Part shown: positions 46,706 through 55,933 of the stretch, piece after piece
How the letters are laid out: each line of letters opens with the position of its first letter
Numbering within the stretch: the first letter of the stretch is position 1
From: an uncultured Acidobacteriaceae bacterium
Lineage (GTDB): Bacteria; Acidobacteriota; Terriglobia; Terriglobales; Acidobacteriaceae
NCBI GenBank assembly: GCA_963758505.1
Contig: CAVWVJ010000002.1
Coordinates: 3,237-67,236, forward strand
DNA length: 64,000 bases
Direction: 5' to 3'
Made by a program: the position numbers and the translations under genes
The notes under the pieces: generated by a model
The model's input: only the letters and a program-made list of their open reading frames with translations
Databases searched by the model: none
What the model was told of the DNA's origin: nothing

Positions 46706-47044
46706 ATGTCAACCAAGCTTCTTGCAATTGCCACTGCAGCCCTGTTCTCGATCGGCATCGCGGTTGCCCAGCAATCCGGAACTTCCTCTCCGGGTACCGG
46801 AACCTCACCGCAGGGTTCCCAGTCCTCGTCCTCGCCAAGTAGCACCTCGAGCGGCACGGGCTCCGGCGACATGAGCGGCACCAACTCCGGGAACTCCGGC
46901 ACCGGCACCGACCAGAGCAGCACAACGACCGGAAAGAAGAAGCATAAGAAGAACAAGAACAACTCCAACGGTACAGGTTCAAATGACACGACCACCGGTA
47001 CCTCTTCGGACCAGAGCCCGAACAGCAACTCGAACCCTCACTAG
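46706..47044 (+). CDS. Small secreted Ser/Thr/Gly-rich low-complexity protein
   Basis: Signal peptide MSTKLLAIATAALFSIGIAVAQ, then an S/T/G/N-rich sequence with a KKKHKKNKNN patch. Confidence 0.5.
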   Translation: MSTKLLAIATAALFSIGIAVAQQSGTSSPGTGTSPQGSQSSSSPSSTSSGTGSGDMSGTNSGNSGTGTDQSSTTTGKKKHKKNKNNSNGTGSNDTTTGTSSDQSPNSNSNPH

Positions 47045-47062
47045 AAACACTCTGCAAACAGA

Positions 47063-47093
47063 AACGGCAGGAACCCGCTCGGCTCCTGCCGTT
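47063..47093. terminator. Hairpin between convergent genes (possible bidirectional terminator)
   Basis: AACGGCAGGAacccgctcggcTCCTGCCGTT: 10-bp stem with weak T-tracts. Confidence 0.45.
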
Positions 47094-47109
47094 GCTTCAC
47101 TCTCGCTGG

Positions 47110-47571
47110 TTATTGGCGGGTGAATAAAACCGATCCGCCCGTGCTGGGGCAGGCGGGATTGCTCCCATTGGCCCCGAAGGTCGCATTGAACGTGCCGTTG
47201 ATCTGGGTCACCGCCGAATCTGCCGTACCGCTGATCGTAAAACTCGAGTGGGTGCTCGGGTCGGTCACAACCAGCGTGATCAGCGAACCGCCATTGGTGT
47301 TCCCGGTCGCCGTTAACCCGCCGTAATTGATGCAGCCCACGTTGTACTGCGTCCCGCCGGTGTAGGCAATCTCCGAGCCATAGATGTTCGAAGTATTCTT
47401 CGTGAACTGCATCCCGAAGGCATACGACGGCGTGGTCTGTCCCGATTCCACCAGCACCGCATTCCAATTGCCCGTTACGTTCGCGCCGGGAGGAGATTGC
47501 GATTGCGATCCGCAACTCGTCCATGCGAGCAGCAGAAGCGCCACGGAAAAGATCGTGAAGAAAGATTTCAT
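47110..47571 (-). CDS. Hypothetical lipoprotein
   Basis: MKSFFTIFSVALLLLAWTSC lipobox-like signal. Mature part is beta-rich and Gly/Thr/Asn-rich. Confidence 0.6.
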   Translation of the reverse strand: MKSFFTIFSVALLLLAWTSCGSQSQSPPGANVTGNWNAVLVESGQTTPSYAFGMQFTKNTSNIYGSEIAYTGGTQYNVGCINYGGLTATGNTNGGSLITLVVTDPSTHSSFTISGTADSAVTQINGTFNATFGANGSNPACPSTGGSVLFTRQ

Positions 47572-47715
47572 TGCCTGCAATCCGGTATTCGAGCTTGTTC
47601 TCCGCACTATAGCAGAGCTGTTGCGTCTACCCCGGCCGGGCGAATCGCACCTAAGTGTTGGCCAAAGCAAAAGGAGGCATGCTAGCCTCCCTGATTTGTC
47701 CGGGATGGTGGAAGC

Positions 47716-47985
47716 CTAGGAGAGATCCTCGAAATCTTCGTCCTGGAAGATATACGGTGCGGTGCGCACGATTCGGAAGCGAACGCTCTCATTGCAGGTT
47801 TCGCAACTGGGAAACTGGTTTCCTATGATCATCACCGCATCGTGCGCCTGCCGATGATCGCCCTCGTGCACTACCTCGTATATACCCGACTCGGGAACCG
47901 TTTCCCCCGGCCGGAAAAACAGTGTCGCACCATCGCGTTGCCCGCCTCTTTCGCCACGCATTCCGCAGCTATGGCGCGAGAACAT
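47716..47985 (-). CDS. Small conserved hypothetical protein with a PGE.VP.SG.Y...H / FP.C..C..VRF motif (paralog 1); start uncertain (47961/47985/48075)
   Basis: Shares an aligned ~50-aa core with the adjacent ORF 48105..48341. A single CxxC plus conserved His residues. Confidence 0.5.
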   Translation of the reverse strand: MFSRHSCGMRGERGGQRDGATLFFRPGETVPESGIYEVVHEGDHRQAHDAVMIIGNQFPSCETCNESVRFRIVRTAPYIFQDEDFEDLS

Positions 47986-48104
47986 CTGCGCGCGGCGTCC
48001 TGTTCTGCGTGGAAATTCCTTGCCTGCTCTTCGATCGAACTCTCGCCGTGGAAATCTTGCCTGCCACTTGTTCATTCAGCAACTCCGATCCGCTTCGCCG
48101 TCAT

Positions 48105-48341
48105 CTATGGCTTCCCAAAATCCGGCTGATGTTCAATAGGATTTGAGGCCTGTAACAGCTGAAATCTAACTTTCTCTCCGCACCCCGCGCAGCGCGGAAA
48201 GTTCTGCCCTTTGAGCAATATCCCATCGTGATCTTCACGATGTGCCGCATGGCTGATCCGGTAAACGCCAGAACAGGGTACTACCTCGCCAGGTAAGAAC
48301 TGGCTCTCCGCCATCCGCGCGCTGCTGTCCTGGGACGCCAT
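48105..48341 (-). CDS. Small conserved hypothetical protein (paralog 2 of 47716..47985)
   Basis: FLPGEVVPCSGVYRISHAAHREDHDGILLKGQNFPRCAGCGEKVRFQLL aligns with paralog 1. Confidence 0.5.
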   Translation of the reverse strand: MASQDSSARMAESQFLPGEVVPCSGVYRISHAAHREDHDGILLKGQNFPRCAGCGEKVRFQLLQASNPIEHQPDFGKP

Positions 48342-48379
48342 TCCGCGACATTCTACTCTGGCGAATGCCTGTGAATGGC

Positions 48380-49177
48380 TTACTTTTTCTTTTCCTGGAG
48401 CCTGCGGGCCACCTTGGTCACGAGATTCCTTGGCGAGACGCGCAACATCTGCACGCCAATCTTATTCAGCTTGCCTGCAATCACGACTCGCTTGCCCTCT
48501 TGCAGTCCCTCGTACCCGATCTCCGCCACCGTCGCCGCATCCAGCACCCCGGGCGATTTCATCAGCGGCGATCCCTGCAGGTTTGCCCGCTCCTGGAATC
48601 CGCTCGGCACCGGTCCCGGACACAGCACGCTTACCCGCACACCCTGTGCCGCAAGCTCCTCCGCCAGCGCTTCGCTGAAGCTCAATACGTATGCCTTCGT
48701 CGCGTAATACACCGCCATCAGCGGCCCCGGCTGAAACGCCGCCGTCGAAGCCACGTTCAACACCGCGCCTTTTGCCTGGATGATCTGCGGCAAAAACAGC
48801 TTCGTCAGGTAGGTGAGCGACACCATGTTGAGCTGCATCATCTCCAGCTCGGCTTGCAGGTCGGAAGTCGCAAACTCCCCATAGCTGCCAAACCCCGCAT
48901 TGTTGACCAGCGTATGGATCTTTACTCCTGCTTCGGTCAGGTCTTCAAAGAGTTCCTGTGGCGCCTTGCTGTGCGACAGGTCTTTCGGAGAGATCCGCAC
49001 GTTCACGCCGTAGGTCTTCTGGAACTCTTCGCCGAGTTCGATCAGCCGCGCCCGGCTGCGTGCCACCAGCACCAGGTCATAATGATCCATCGCGAATCGC
49101 CGCGCCAACTCAAGCCCAATGCCGCTCGAGGCGCCCGTAACCAACGCGATACGTCCGGCTGTGTTTTCCATATTCAT
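48380..49177 (-). CDS. SDR-family oxidoreductase
   Basis: TGASSGIGLELA, NNAG, and the catalytic Y...K (YYATKAY). Start ambiguous among 49171, 49177 and 49195. Confidence 0.85.
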   Translation of the reverse strand: MNMENTAGRIALVTGASSGIGLELARRFAMDHYDLVLVARSRARLIELGEEFQKTYGVNVRISPKDLSHSKAPQELFEDLTEAGVKIHTLVNNAGFGSYGEFATSDLQAELEMMQLNMVSLTYLTKLFLPQIIQAKGAVLNVASTAAFQPGPLMAVYYATKAYVLSFSEALAEELAAQGVRVSVLCPGPVPSGFQERANLQGSPLMKSPGVLDAATVAEIGYEGLQEGKRVVIAGKLNKIGVQMLRVSPRNLVTKVARRLQEKKK

Positions 49178-49357
49178 TACTTTCGTTCCAGGCACTTGGC
49201 ATCAGAATAGCAAAGTCTCTCCCATGACCACCGTAACTTGTGGCCCGGAGACGCCCGGCCGAAGATGGTGCATCCCGCGGCAAAACCGAATCTATGGAAT
49301 TACCGCAGAGGAACTAAATCCCTGAGCGGCACCCGGTCCGCAAGGAGAGCGTCGATT

Positions 49358-49519
49358 ATGACACTCGCAAACTCGATCACCACCAGTCCGCAAGCGCTGG
49401 CGACGACCGCCAACTCGCGTACTACCAGCAAACTTTCGACTTCTATCGTCGCTCGCTCGACAACGTCGAACGCTGTCTCCGCGCAGGCAGCCAACTCCGC
49501 CACCAGCATTAAGCTGTAA
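49358..49519 (+). CDS. Stand-alone 53-codon Ser/Thr/Ala/Asn-rich ORF (hypothetical small protein or peptide)
   Basis: AGGAG lies 10 nt upstream of the ATG. A terminator follows 20 nt after the stop. No Cys and no hydrophobic segment. Confidence 0.35.
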   Translation: MTLANSITTSPQALATTANSRTTSKLSTSIVARSTTSNAVSAQAANSATSIKL

Positions 49520-49538
49520 AGCAGCAGCACAAGACAAA

Positions 49539-49570
49539 GGCGGCGATATCCTCGCCGCCCTTTTCTTTCC
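49539..49570 (+). terminator. Rho-independent terminator
   Basis: GGCGGCGAtatccTCGCCGCC followed by cttttctttcc. Confidence 0.75.
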
Positions 49571-49735
49571 CTCTTGTCATCCTGAGCGAAGAACGCGAAG
49601 CGTTCGCAGTCGAAGGACCTCTACCGCCAGAAGACTGCCCCGCGTTCAGCCCACTTTGCTCTTACTCACTCCAACATTTCTCTTGTTGTCATCCAGAGGA
49701 GCGAAGCGACGTAGGGATCTGCTGTTCTGCTAGAG
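49566..49735. repeat. Two copies of the tgtcatcc(t/a)gag... repeat module
   Basis: cttgtcatcctgagcgaagaacgcgaagcgttcgcagtcgaaggacc and ttgttgtcatccagaggagcgaagcgacgtagggatctgctg. Confidence 0.8.
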
Positions 49736-49747
49736 CCTCGGTGTCCT

Positions 49748-50743
49748 TTACCGCGCCGCTCCCACTTCCTGCACCCCGTAAATCGGGAACCACGAACTCG
49801 CCGACTCCAACGCCTTATTCACGTTGTCGATGTTCTTCAGCCCGTCGCTCGTGATCCACTTCCGGAACGCATCCGGTCCCTGCGTCGCATACACCGAGAT
49901 GCCGTCTTTCCAGGTCGCGCGCCCGCAGAGCACGCCGTTGTACTTCACCCCGCTCGCCGCCACCAGCTCCAGCGTCTCGATGAACTCCGGATTGCTCACG
50001 CCCGCCGACAAATAAATGAACGGCAAGGTCGTGCACTTCGCCGACTCCTGGAAGTGCTTCTTTGCCTCGTCCATCGTGTAGGCCTTCTGCCCTTTGAACG
50101 ACTTTGCGCCTTCCACGAACTGCATGTTGACGGGTACTTCGAGCTTGAGCACATCCACGCCGTACCGCGGATTCGTGAACTCGCGCATGTACGCCTTCAC
50201 GATCTCCGGCTTCTTCTTCGCGTACTCCAATCCCTTTTCGTCCATGCCTTCTTCGTATCCCACGATCTCGAGGAAGAAGGGAATGTCATTCGCCTTGCAC
50301 TCGTCGCCGATCCGCTCCGTCCAGGCATGCTTATGATCGTTGATGTGCTTTGGGTCCGCCGGCGCGTAGTACAGCAGGATCTTCACGCAATCTGCTCCCG
50401 CGTCCTTCAATCGCTGCACCGACCACACATCCAGCAAGTCCGGCAACCGTCCCGGCGTCTGCTTGTCGTAGCCGGTCTTCTCATAGGCCAGCAGCAGCCC
50501 CGAATTCTTCGACCGCTTCTTCGCCGCCGACAAGCCAAACTCCGGATCGAGCAAAATCGCGCTCGCCCGCTGCGTCAGCACCTCGGTCACAATTTCCTTG
50601 AACTCTTCCAGTTGGCGGTCGGTCGCATTCGCCCCCAGCGCCTTCTTCAGCGACCCGCGCTGGTCCATCGCGGCGGCAGCAATCACGCCACGATCGTTCG
50701 AGACAGCCTTCATTCCGGCAAGCTTTCCGGGTGTCAATTTCAC
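49748..50743 (-). CDS. Tagatose-1,6-bisphosphate aldolase (LacD-type class I aldolase family)
   Basis: AMDQRGSLKK, ILLDPEFG and VKILLYY motifs, with a length typical of the LacD family. Confidence 0.75.
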   Translation of the reverse strand: MKLTPGKLAGMKAVSNDRGVIAAAAMDQRGSLKKALGANATDRQLEEFKEIVTEVLTQRASAILLDPEFGLSAAKKRSKNSGLLLAYEKTGYDKQTPGRLPDLLDVWSVQRLKDAGADCVKILLYYAPADPKHINDHKHAWTERIGDECKANDIPFFLEIVGYEEGMDEKGLEYAKKKPEIVKAYMREFTNPRYGVDVLKLEVPVNMQFVEGAKSFKGQKAYTMDEAKKHFQESAKCTTLPFIYLSAGVSNPEFIETLELVAASGVKYNGVLCGRATWKDGISVYATQGPDAFRKWITSDGLKNIDNVNKALESASSWFPIYGVQEVGAAR

Positions 50744-50794
50744 AGTCTTCCTCCCTGCAACATCATTCTGATATCTCGTTGATTACGAATTGCT

Positions 50795-50960
50795 GGCTTA
50801 AGAATTGTCGTGCTGAGCCTGACGAGGCACATCGCATTTCGCTCGCGTCACCAGTTCGCGTTCGGAAGTTGCTGACCCCTCTTCCTACCTGCACCCTTCA
50901 GGAATTGTCATGCTGAGCATGGCGAAGCATCTTGCGCCTTGCTCGCGTCACCGAAGGTTC
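50795..50960. repeat. Two copies of a gaattgtc(g/a)tgctgagc...gctcgcgtcacc repeat
   Basis: aagaattgtcgtgctgagcctgacgaggcacatcgcatttcgctcgcgtcacc and ggaattgtcatgctgagcatggcgaagcatcttgcgccttgctcgcgtcacc. Confidence 0.8.
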
Positions 50961-51183
50961 GGCCACCTGCAAGCCCGCATCGCGGGCGTCCGTTGATAGC
51001 CCAGCGCGTAACCGCTGGGTAGATGCGGCCGGAAATCCGAGTCCCCTTTAGGAACGCCACCTTGGCCCGATAACAAGTATTCCCAAAACGAACCAGCCCA
51101 TTTTATCCGATTTACGCTTTCCTCGCAGACCCGCCCCCGCCGCCCATTACGATGAAATTGCAATCATTTCATAGGAGTTGGTC

Positions 51184-52221
51184 ATGCCATTAGTCTCAAT
51201 GCGGCAAGTGCTCGACGAAGCGGCAAAAGGCAACTACGGCGTCGGCGCTTTCAACGTCAATAACATGGAGCAGATCCAGGCGATCATGGAGGCGGCCCGC
51301 GAAACTCAGTCTCCCGTCATCATTCAGGCCAGCCGCGGCGCCCGCTCCTACTCGCAGGACAAGTACCTGTACCACCTCATGCTCGCGGCTGCGGAGCTCT
51401 ATCCCGAGATCCCGCTCGTCATGCACCTCGACCACGGCAACTCCGTCGAGACCTGCAAGTCTGCCATCGACCTCGGCTTCACCTCCGTCATGATGGACGG
51501 CTCCCTCATGCCCGACGGCAAAACTCCTTCCAGCTTCGACTACAACGTGAAGTGCACCCGCGAAGTCGTTGAAATGGCTCACGCTAAGGGCGTCACCGTG
51601 GAAGGCGAGATTGGCGTCCTCGGCGGCATCGAAGACGGCCACGGCGCCGGCGGCACCGGCCTCGAACACATCACCGATCCCGACCAGGCCGTCGAGTTCG
51701 TCGAAAAAACCGGCCTCGACGCCCTGGCCATCGCCATCGGCACCAGCCACGGCGCTTACAAGTTTTCCAAGAAGCCAGACGGCTCTGTTCTCAAGATGCA
51801 GCGCCTCCTCGAGATTCACAAGCGCCTGCCCAACGTCCATCTCGTCATGCACGGCTCCTCGAGCGTTCCTAAGGATCTGCAGGACGTCATCAATCAATAT
51901 GGCGGCAAACTGAAGCCCACCTGGGGCGTGCCCGTCGAAGAGATTCAACTCGGCATTCGCAACGGCGTGCGCAAGATCAACGTCGATACCGACAACCGTC
52001 TCGCGATCACCGGCGCCATCCGCAAGGTCTTCACCGAGTCGCCCGAAAAGTTCGATCCCCGCGACTATCTCAAACCAGCCCGCGAAGCCATGAAGAAGGT
52101 TGTCGCCCTGCGCATGACGCAATTCGGCCAGGCCGGCCATGCCGGTGACTACGCTCCGATTCCGCTCAGCGAAATCGCCAAACAGTACGCGGCCAAGGAA
52201 CTCGTCGCTGCCGCGAAGTAA
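51184..52221 (+). CDS. fba: Class II fructose-bisphosphate aldolase
   Basis: [22 protein letters not shown] and GTSHGAYKF motifs. AGGAG lies 6 nt before the ATG. Confidence 0.9.
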   Translation: MPLVSMRQVLDEAAKGNYGVGAFNVNNMEQIQAIMEAARETQSPVIIQASRGARSYSQDKYLYHLMLAAAELYPEIPLVMHLDHGNSVETCKSAIDLGFTSVMMDGSLMPDGKTPSSFDYNVKCTREVVEMAHAKGVTVEGEIGVLGGIEDGHGAGGTGLEHITDPDQAVEFVEKTGLDALAIAIGTSHGAYKFSKKPDGSVLKMQRLLEIHKRLPNVHLVMHGSSSVPKDLQDVINQYGGKLKPTWGVPVEEIQLGIRNGVRKINVDTDNRLAITGAIRKVFTESPEKFDPRDYLKPAREAMKKVVALRMTQFGQAGHAGDYAPIPLSEIAKQYAAKELVAAAK

Positions 52222-52241
52222 AGTTGCCCTCCCCACCCACG

Positions 52242-52268
52242 AGGCCGGATGAAAGTCCGGCCTTTTCC
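52242..52268 (+). terminator. Rho-independent terminator
   Basis: AGGCCGGAtgaaagTCCGGCCT followed by tttcc. Confidence 0.7.
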
Positions 52269-52344
52269 GCCCACAAAATCACCCCGCCGACACCAAACTC
52301 GTCGCCGAGCAGATCGGAATCTGATTCCCCGTTTGCGGGGGGCG

Positions 52345-55300
52345 CTAAAACTCTACTCTGGCCTGGAACGCAATCATTCTCGGACTGCTATCTCCACCGA
52401 GTCCCACACCCAGCAGTCCCGTGGGCGGCGCCGTCGTGTAAGTCAACGCTCCAAAACCGGTCTGGGTCGCCGCCTTTCCAGGAATTCCCGCCAGCACGTT
52501 GCTAGGCAGCCCAAAGTTGGGATGGTTGAAGACGTTGAAGAACTGCCCCTCGAAACGAAGTTTGACCCGTTCGTTCAGTTGAAACCATTTCGTCAGGTAA
52601 AAATCGCTCCAGAAAAAATTGGGACCCCGCAATGCATTGCGGCCAAGATCCCCGAACTGGCAATGCGCCGCGTTGTCACCTCCGGCGCAGGCACCCGTGC
52701 TCGGATCAACCGCCGATTGAAACGCATTCGGATTCAACCACTGGATCGTGCCGGGCTGGGTCACGCCGGCGATCTCACAATTCCTGCAGTAGGGATCTGA
52801 CCCCGGAACGAGGCTCGCGAATTGCGGTCCGGCACCCTGAACAATGCCATTGCCATCCGCCGAATACGGAGTGCTCAGCACGGAAAAGGGCACACCGCTA
52901 TGGAAGAAAACGCTTCCGGAAATCTGCCACCCGTTTACCGCATATCCAAGCGCTCGGCTCTTCGCCTTGATCGGTAACTCGTATACATACTGCCCTGTGA
53001 GGTTATGGCGGATGTCATAGTCGCATGGGCCATAATCCCGGCGAAGGTCTCCGGGAAGAGGAGAAAGCAGCGCGCCGGCGGAGAACTGTAAAAACCCGCC
53101 ATTTGAAACTTCGTCGAGGCAATGGCTCCACGTGTAATTAATTTGTCCTTGCAACCCATGTCCCATCCGCTTCGACGCCGTGAGTTGCAGCCCGTTGTAA
53201 TTGCTGCCGGCCCCCGTCTCCAGTTGCGTGACCGCCGCAAACCTCGGATCCACCGGCTGCATGTAAGGAAATGGAGCGAAGCATCCCGCACACACCGTCT
53301 GGTATCCGTTCACCTGCGTAAGGTAGGGCTGGTCCACGGCTCGTGTCCCGACGTACTGCGCCTGCACGCTGCCGGTCTGGCCAAACTGGTGTTCGATCCC
53401 CAGGCTCCACTGCATGAAATACGGTGCGTGCAGTTCACCACTCGGCACTGCGGTCATCCCCACGGGAGCCAGGCACGTTGCGGGATTTGCCATGGCCGAC
53501 CCGCACGAAAGCTCTCCTTGTGCGAAGCCGCTGGCGAATTGCTGATGCGCCGCGACCGTCGCATCCACCGCACTGTTCGGAACTCCCGGCGCGATGGCAC
53601 TCCCGCCCGCCGACCCCAGCAGCCCGCCCTGAAATGTCTGCACGTAGGGCGGGTTCGCGCCTATCAGGTCGGCCACGCTTCCCGGCATGATATCGCTGAA
53701 CAGGCCGAAGCCCGCGCGCAGCACCGTGTTGTGCTCGACTTGCCACGCGATCGCCATCCTCGGCTGCAGGATGGCCATGGGAGTGGAGGAAAACAGGTGC
53801 CCGAGGTTGGTCTGAATCACAGCGTTCAGCGGCTGGTTCAAATCGTGCGAAATCGAATCGAAAGCTCCCTTCAGCCGTGCCACGTGATCGTGCGGATTGA
53901 GCGGATTCGAGTTCAGGGTGTCGCGAATGCCAAAGGTCCACGTGAGGTTGGGCGTGATCTTCCACGTGTCCTGGGCATACAGATCCAGGTTCAGGAAGTT
54001 GAATGGCTCATTGGCAGTTGCCGGAAACGTCTCGGTCGCGGTGGACGCCACTCCGTAGATGAACTGCGGCAGTGTCGCGTAACTTACCGTTGGGGTTGTG
54101 CCTTCGCCGAAATCGAAATCGTTCAGACGAAAAATTCGCGTGTTCGTGCCGAACCGCAGCTCGTGCGCCCCGTGGCTCCACGCGAGGTTGTCGTTGAGAA
54201 ACAATCGCCCGGCGCGCCGTCCCTGGACCCAGGTGTTGTCCAGCCCTCCGAGTGTCGTAAACGGGGCGTTCCCCCCGCCGCCCTGCAGCACGATCGGAAA
54301 TGCTGCCAGCGTTTGTTGCAGATCGCCTGGCCCGAACAGGCTCTCGTACCAGGAAAACGCGGGGTTAAAGTAATTGACCAGGTTTTGCGAAAACACGTGC
54401 GAATGTCCCGCCGCGAACGAATACAGCGGCTGCGAAGAGATCGCGTTGAACACCGGATTGATCGCGTCCGTATAGGCCGCTTGTAAGCCCGTGTCCGATT
54501 GAAAACGAAACCAGGCGGTATCCTTCGGCCCAATGTTGTAGTCGATCCGCGCCGTCTGCACCTGCTCTTTGTCGTCGCTGGAGTGCGAAACGCCTCTGCG
54601 GTTCGCACAACCATTGCCGTTCGCTGGAGATCCCGTTGCGGAACTGCCATCCGCATTGAATGGGCACCCGAGCACCGCGAGTGGCGTTCCGCTGGTGGCC
54701 CCATACAACGAAAACAACTTCCTGTAGAACGGCACCAGTTCGGGTGCGGGCGCATAGTGTGCCCCCGTGAGTGCATCCGTCCCGCCCTGCGGAAGCTGCT
54801 GTAACACGTAGTTCTGGAATGCTGCGCTCGGAACGGTGATGGTGTTGAAGATGGGCAGCGCAATCCGCACCCACTCGCTGTCGAAGAAGAAGAAAAGCTT
54901 GTCGTGCAGAATCGGTCCCCCGAGGCTCCCCCCGAAGTGGTTCACCGTCGAGCGTGGCTTGTGGTTCTCTGATGTGGTATTCGCGAAGTAGTTCGCTGCA
55001 TCCAGCAGCGATCCGTTCCACAATTCATAAAGGTTTCCGTGAAACCGGTTCGTGCCCGACTTCGTCACGTAGTTCACTTGCGACGCGCCGTAGCGCCCCT
55101 GGTCCACTGCGTAGGAAAGCGTATTTACGGTTACTTCCGATATCGAATTCAGGCCGAGGACCAGGTTCGTCGCCAACCCGCTGTTCAGGTTCGTGAGTGG
55201 ATCGTTCGTTTCCAGCCCGTCGACGATATATCCGTTCGAAAGCGCAGGGAGCCCGTTGAACTCCACGTTGCCATAGCCGTTCGTGCCTCCGACGAAGTCG

Positions 55301-55833
55301 TTGCCGCTGCCCGCCGTATTGATCAGCGCTCCCGGCGCGAACTGCAGCGGGTACGTCAGGTCGCCGCCCGGATTCGGCAGATCTTCCAGCGCAGGCGAAC
55401 TTAAGGTCGTCGTGGTGTTCGCGTTTCCTGGATTCAAAATCGGAGCCTCCGCGCTGACCTTGATCACCGTCTTCGATTGCGCCGGATGAAGCCTGAAATT
55501 CACCGTCTGTTTTTGCCCGAGCCCGGCAGGTACCGTCTCTGCAACCTGCCGATCAAAGCCGGGCGCTGTCGCTTCCACCCGGTAGGAACCGGACTTCAAC
55601 TGCGGAAAATCGAAGCGCCCAGCGCGATCGGCAACCGCGGTGCGCTGTAACCCGGTATCGCGGTTCACGATCGTTACCGTCGCGCCTGGCAGCGCCGCAT
55701 CGCTTGCGTCCCGTACCTCTCCAACGATGGCGCTGGTTGTCTCTCCCTGCGCCCATGCGCCAGGCGGATACGCGAGTACGGCCGCGGAAATAAGCATGCC
55801 GATGCACCAGGTAACGAAATGGCCATTGGCCAA
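52345..55833 (-). CDS. TonB-dependent receptor with an N-terminal carboxypeptidase-regulatory-like domain (1162 aa)
   Basis: Signal peptide. GEVRDASDAALPGATVTIVN..G...T......G.F.F..L..G.Y (CarbopepD_reg fold). Plug and a long beta-barrel ending in ..FQARVEF (aromatic terminal residue). Confidence 0.85.
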   Translation of the reverse strand: MANGHFVTWCIGMLISAAVLAYPPGAWAQGETTSAIVGEVRDASDAALPGATVTIVNRDTGLQRTAVADRAGRFDFPQLKSGSYRVEATAPGFDRQVAETVPAGLGQKQTVNFRLHPAQSKTVIKVSAEAPILNPGNANTTTTLSSPALEDLPNPGGDLTYPLQFAPGALINTAGSGNDFVGGTNGYGNVEFNGLPALSNGYIVDGLETNDPLTNLNSGLATNLVLGLNSISEVTVNTLSYAVDQGRYGASQVNYVTKSGTNRFHGNLYELWNGSLLDAANYFANTTSENHKPRSTVNHFGGSLGGPILHDKLFFFFDSEWVRIALPIFNTITVPSAAFQNYVLQQLPQGGTDALTGAHYAPAPELVPFYRKLFSLYGATSGTPLAVLGCPFNADGSSATGSPANGNGCANRRGVSHSSDDKEQVQTARIDYNIGPKDTAWFRFQSDTGLQAAYTDAINPVFNAISSQPLYSFAAGHSHVFSQNLVNYFNPAFSWYESLFGPGDLQQTLAAFPIVLQGGGGNAPFTTLGGLDNTWVQGRRAGRLFLNDNLAWSHGAHELRFGTNTRIFRLNDFDFGEGTTPTVSYATLPQFIYGVASTATETFPATANEPFNFLNLDLYAQDTWKITPNLTWTFGIRDTLNSNPLNPHDHVARLKGAFDSISHDLNQPLNAVIQTNLGHLFSSTPMAILQPRMAIAWQVEHNTVLRAGFGLFSDIMPGSVADLIGANPPYVQTFQGGLLGSAGGSAIAPGVPNSAVDATVAAHQQFASGFAQGELSCGSAMANPATCLAPVGMTAVPSGELHAPYFMQWSLGIEHQFGQTGSVQAQYVGTRAVDQPYLTQVNGYQTVCAGCFAPFPYMQPVDPRFAAVTQLETGAGSNYNGLQLTASKRMGHGLQGQINYTWSHCLDEVSNGGFLQFSAGALLSPLPGDLRRDYGPCDYDIRHNLTGQYVYELPIKAKSRALGYAVNGWQISGSVFFHSGVPFSVLSTPYSADGNGIVQGAGPQFASLVPGSDPYCRNCEIAGVTQPGTIQWLNPNAFQSAVDPSTGACAGGDNAAHCQFGDLGRNALRGPNFFWSDFYLTKWFQLNERVKLRFEGQFFNVFNHPNFGLPSNVLAGIPGKAATQTGFGALTYTTAPPTGLLGVGLGGDSSPRMIAFQARVEF

Positions 55834-55905
55834 GTAACACCTCCTGCCGTTCGGCGCACAAGCGGTCGCACCCCCTCCGGAGGTTATTACAATACACCAA
55901 GTTGG

Positions 55906-55922
55906 TTAACTATGATTAACTA
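55906..55922. promoter_or_regulatory. Direct repeat TTAACTA-n3-TTAACTA in the receptor upstream region (candidate operator)
   Basis: ttggTTAACTAtgaTTAACTAcc lies 73-89 nt upstream of the receptor start, downstream of the DtxR/MntR-family gene. Confidence 0.25.
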
Positions 55923-55933
55923 CCGGGAAGAGA

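Noticed and set aside
52242-52268. RNase P RNA-like motif (gaaagtccgg)
   Set aside because: The motif is simply the loop and 3' arm of the fba terminator hairpin. None of the other conserved RNase P regions is present.
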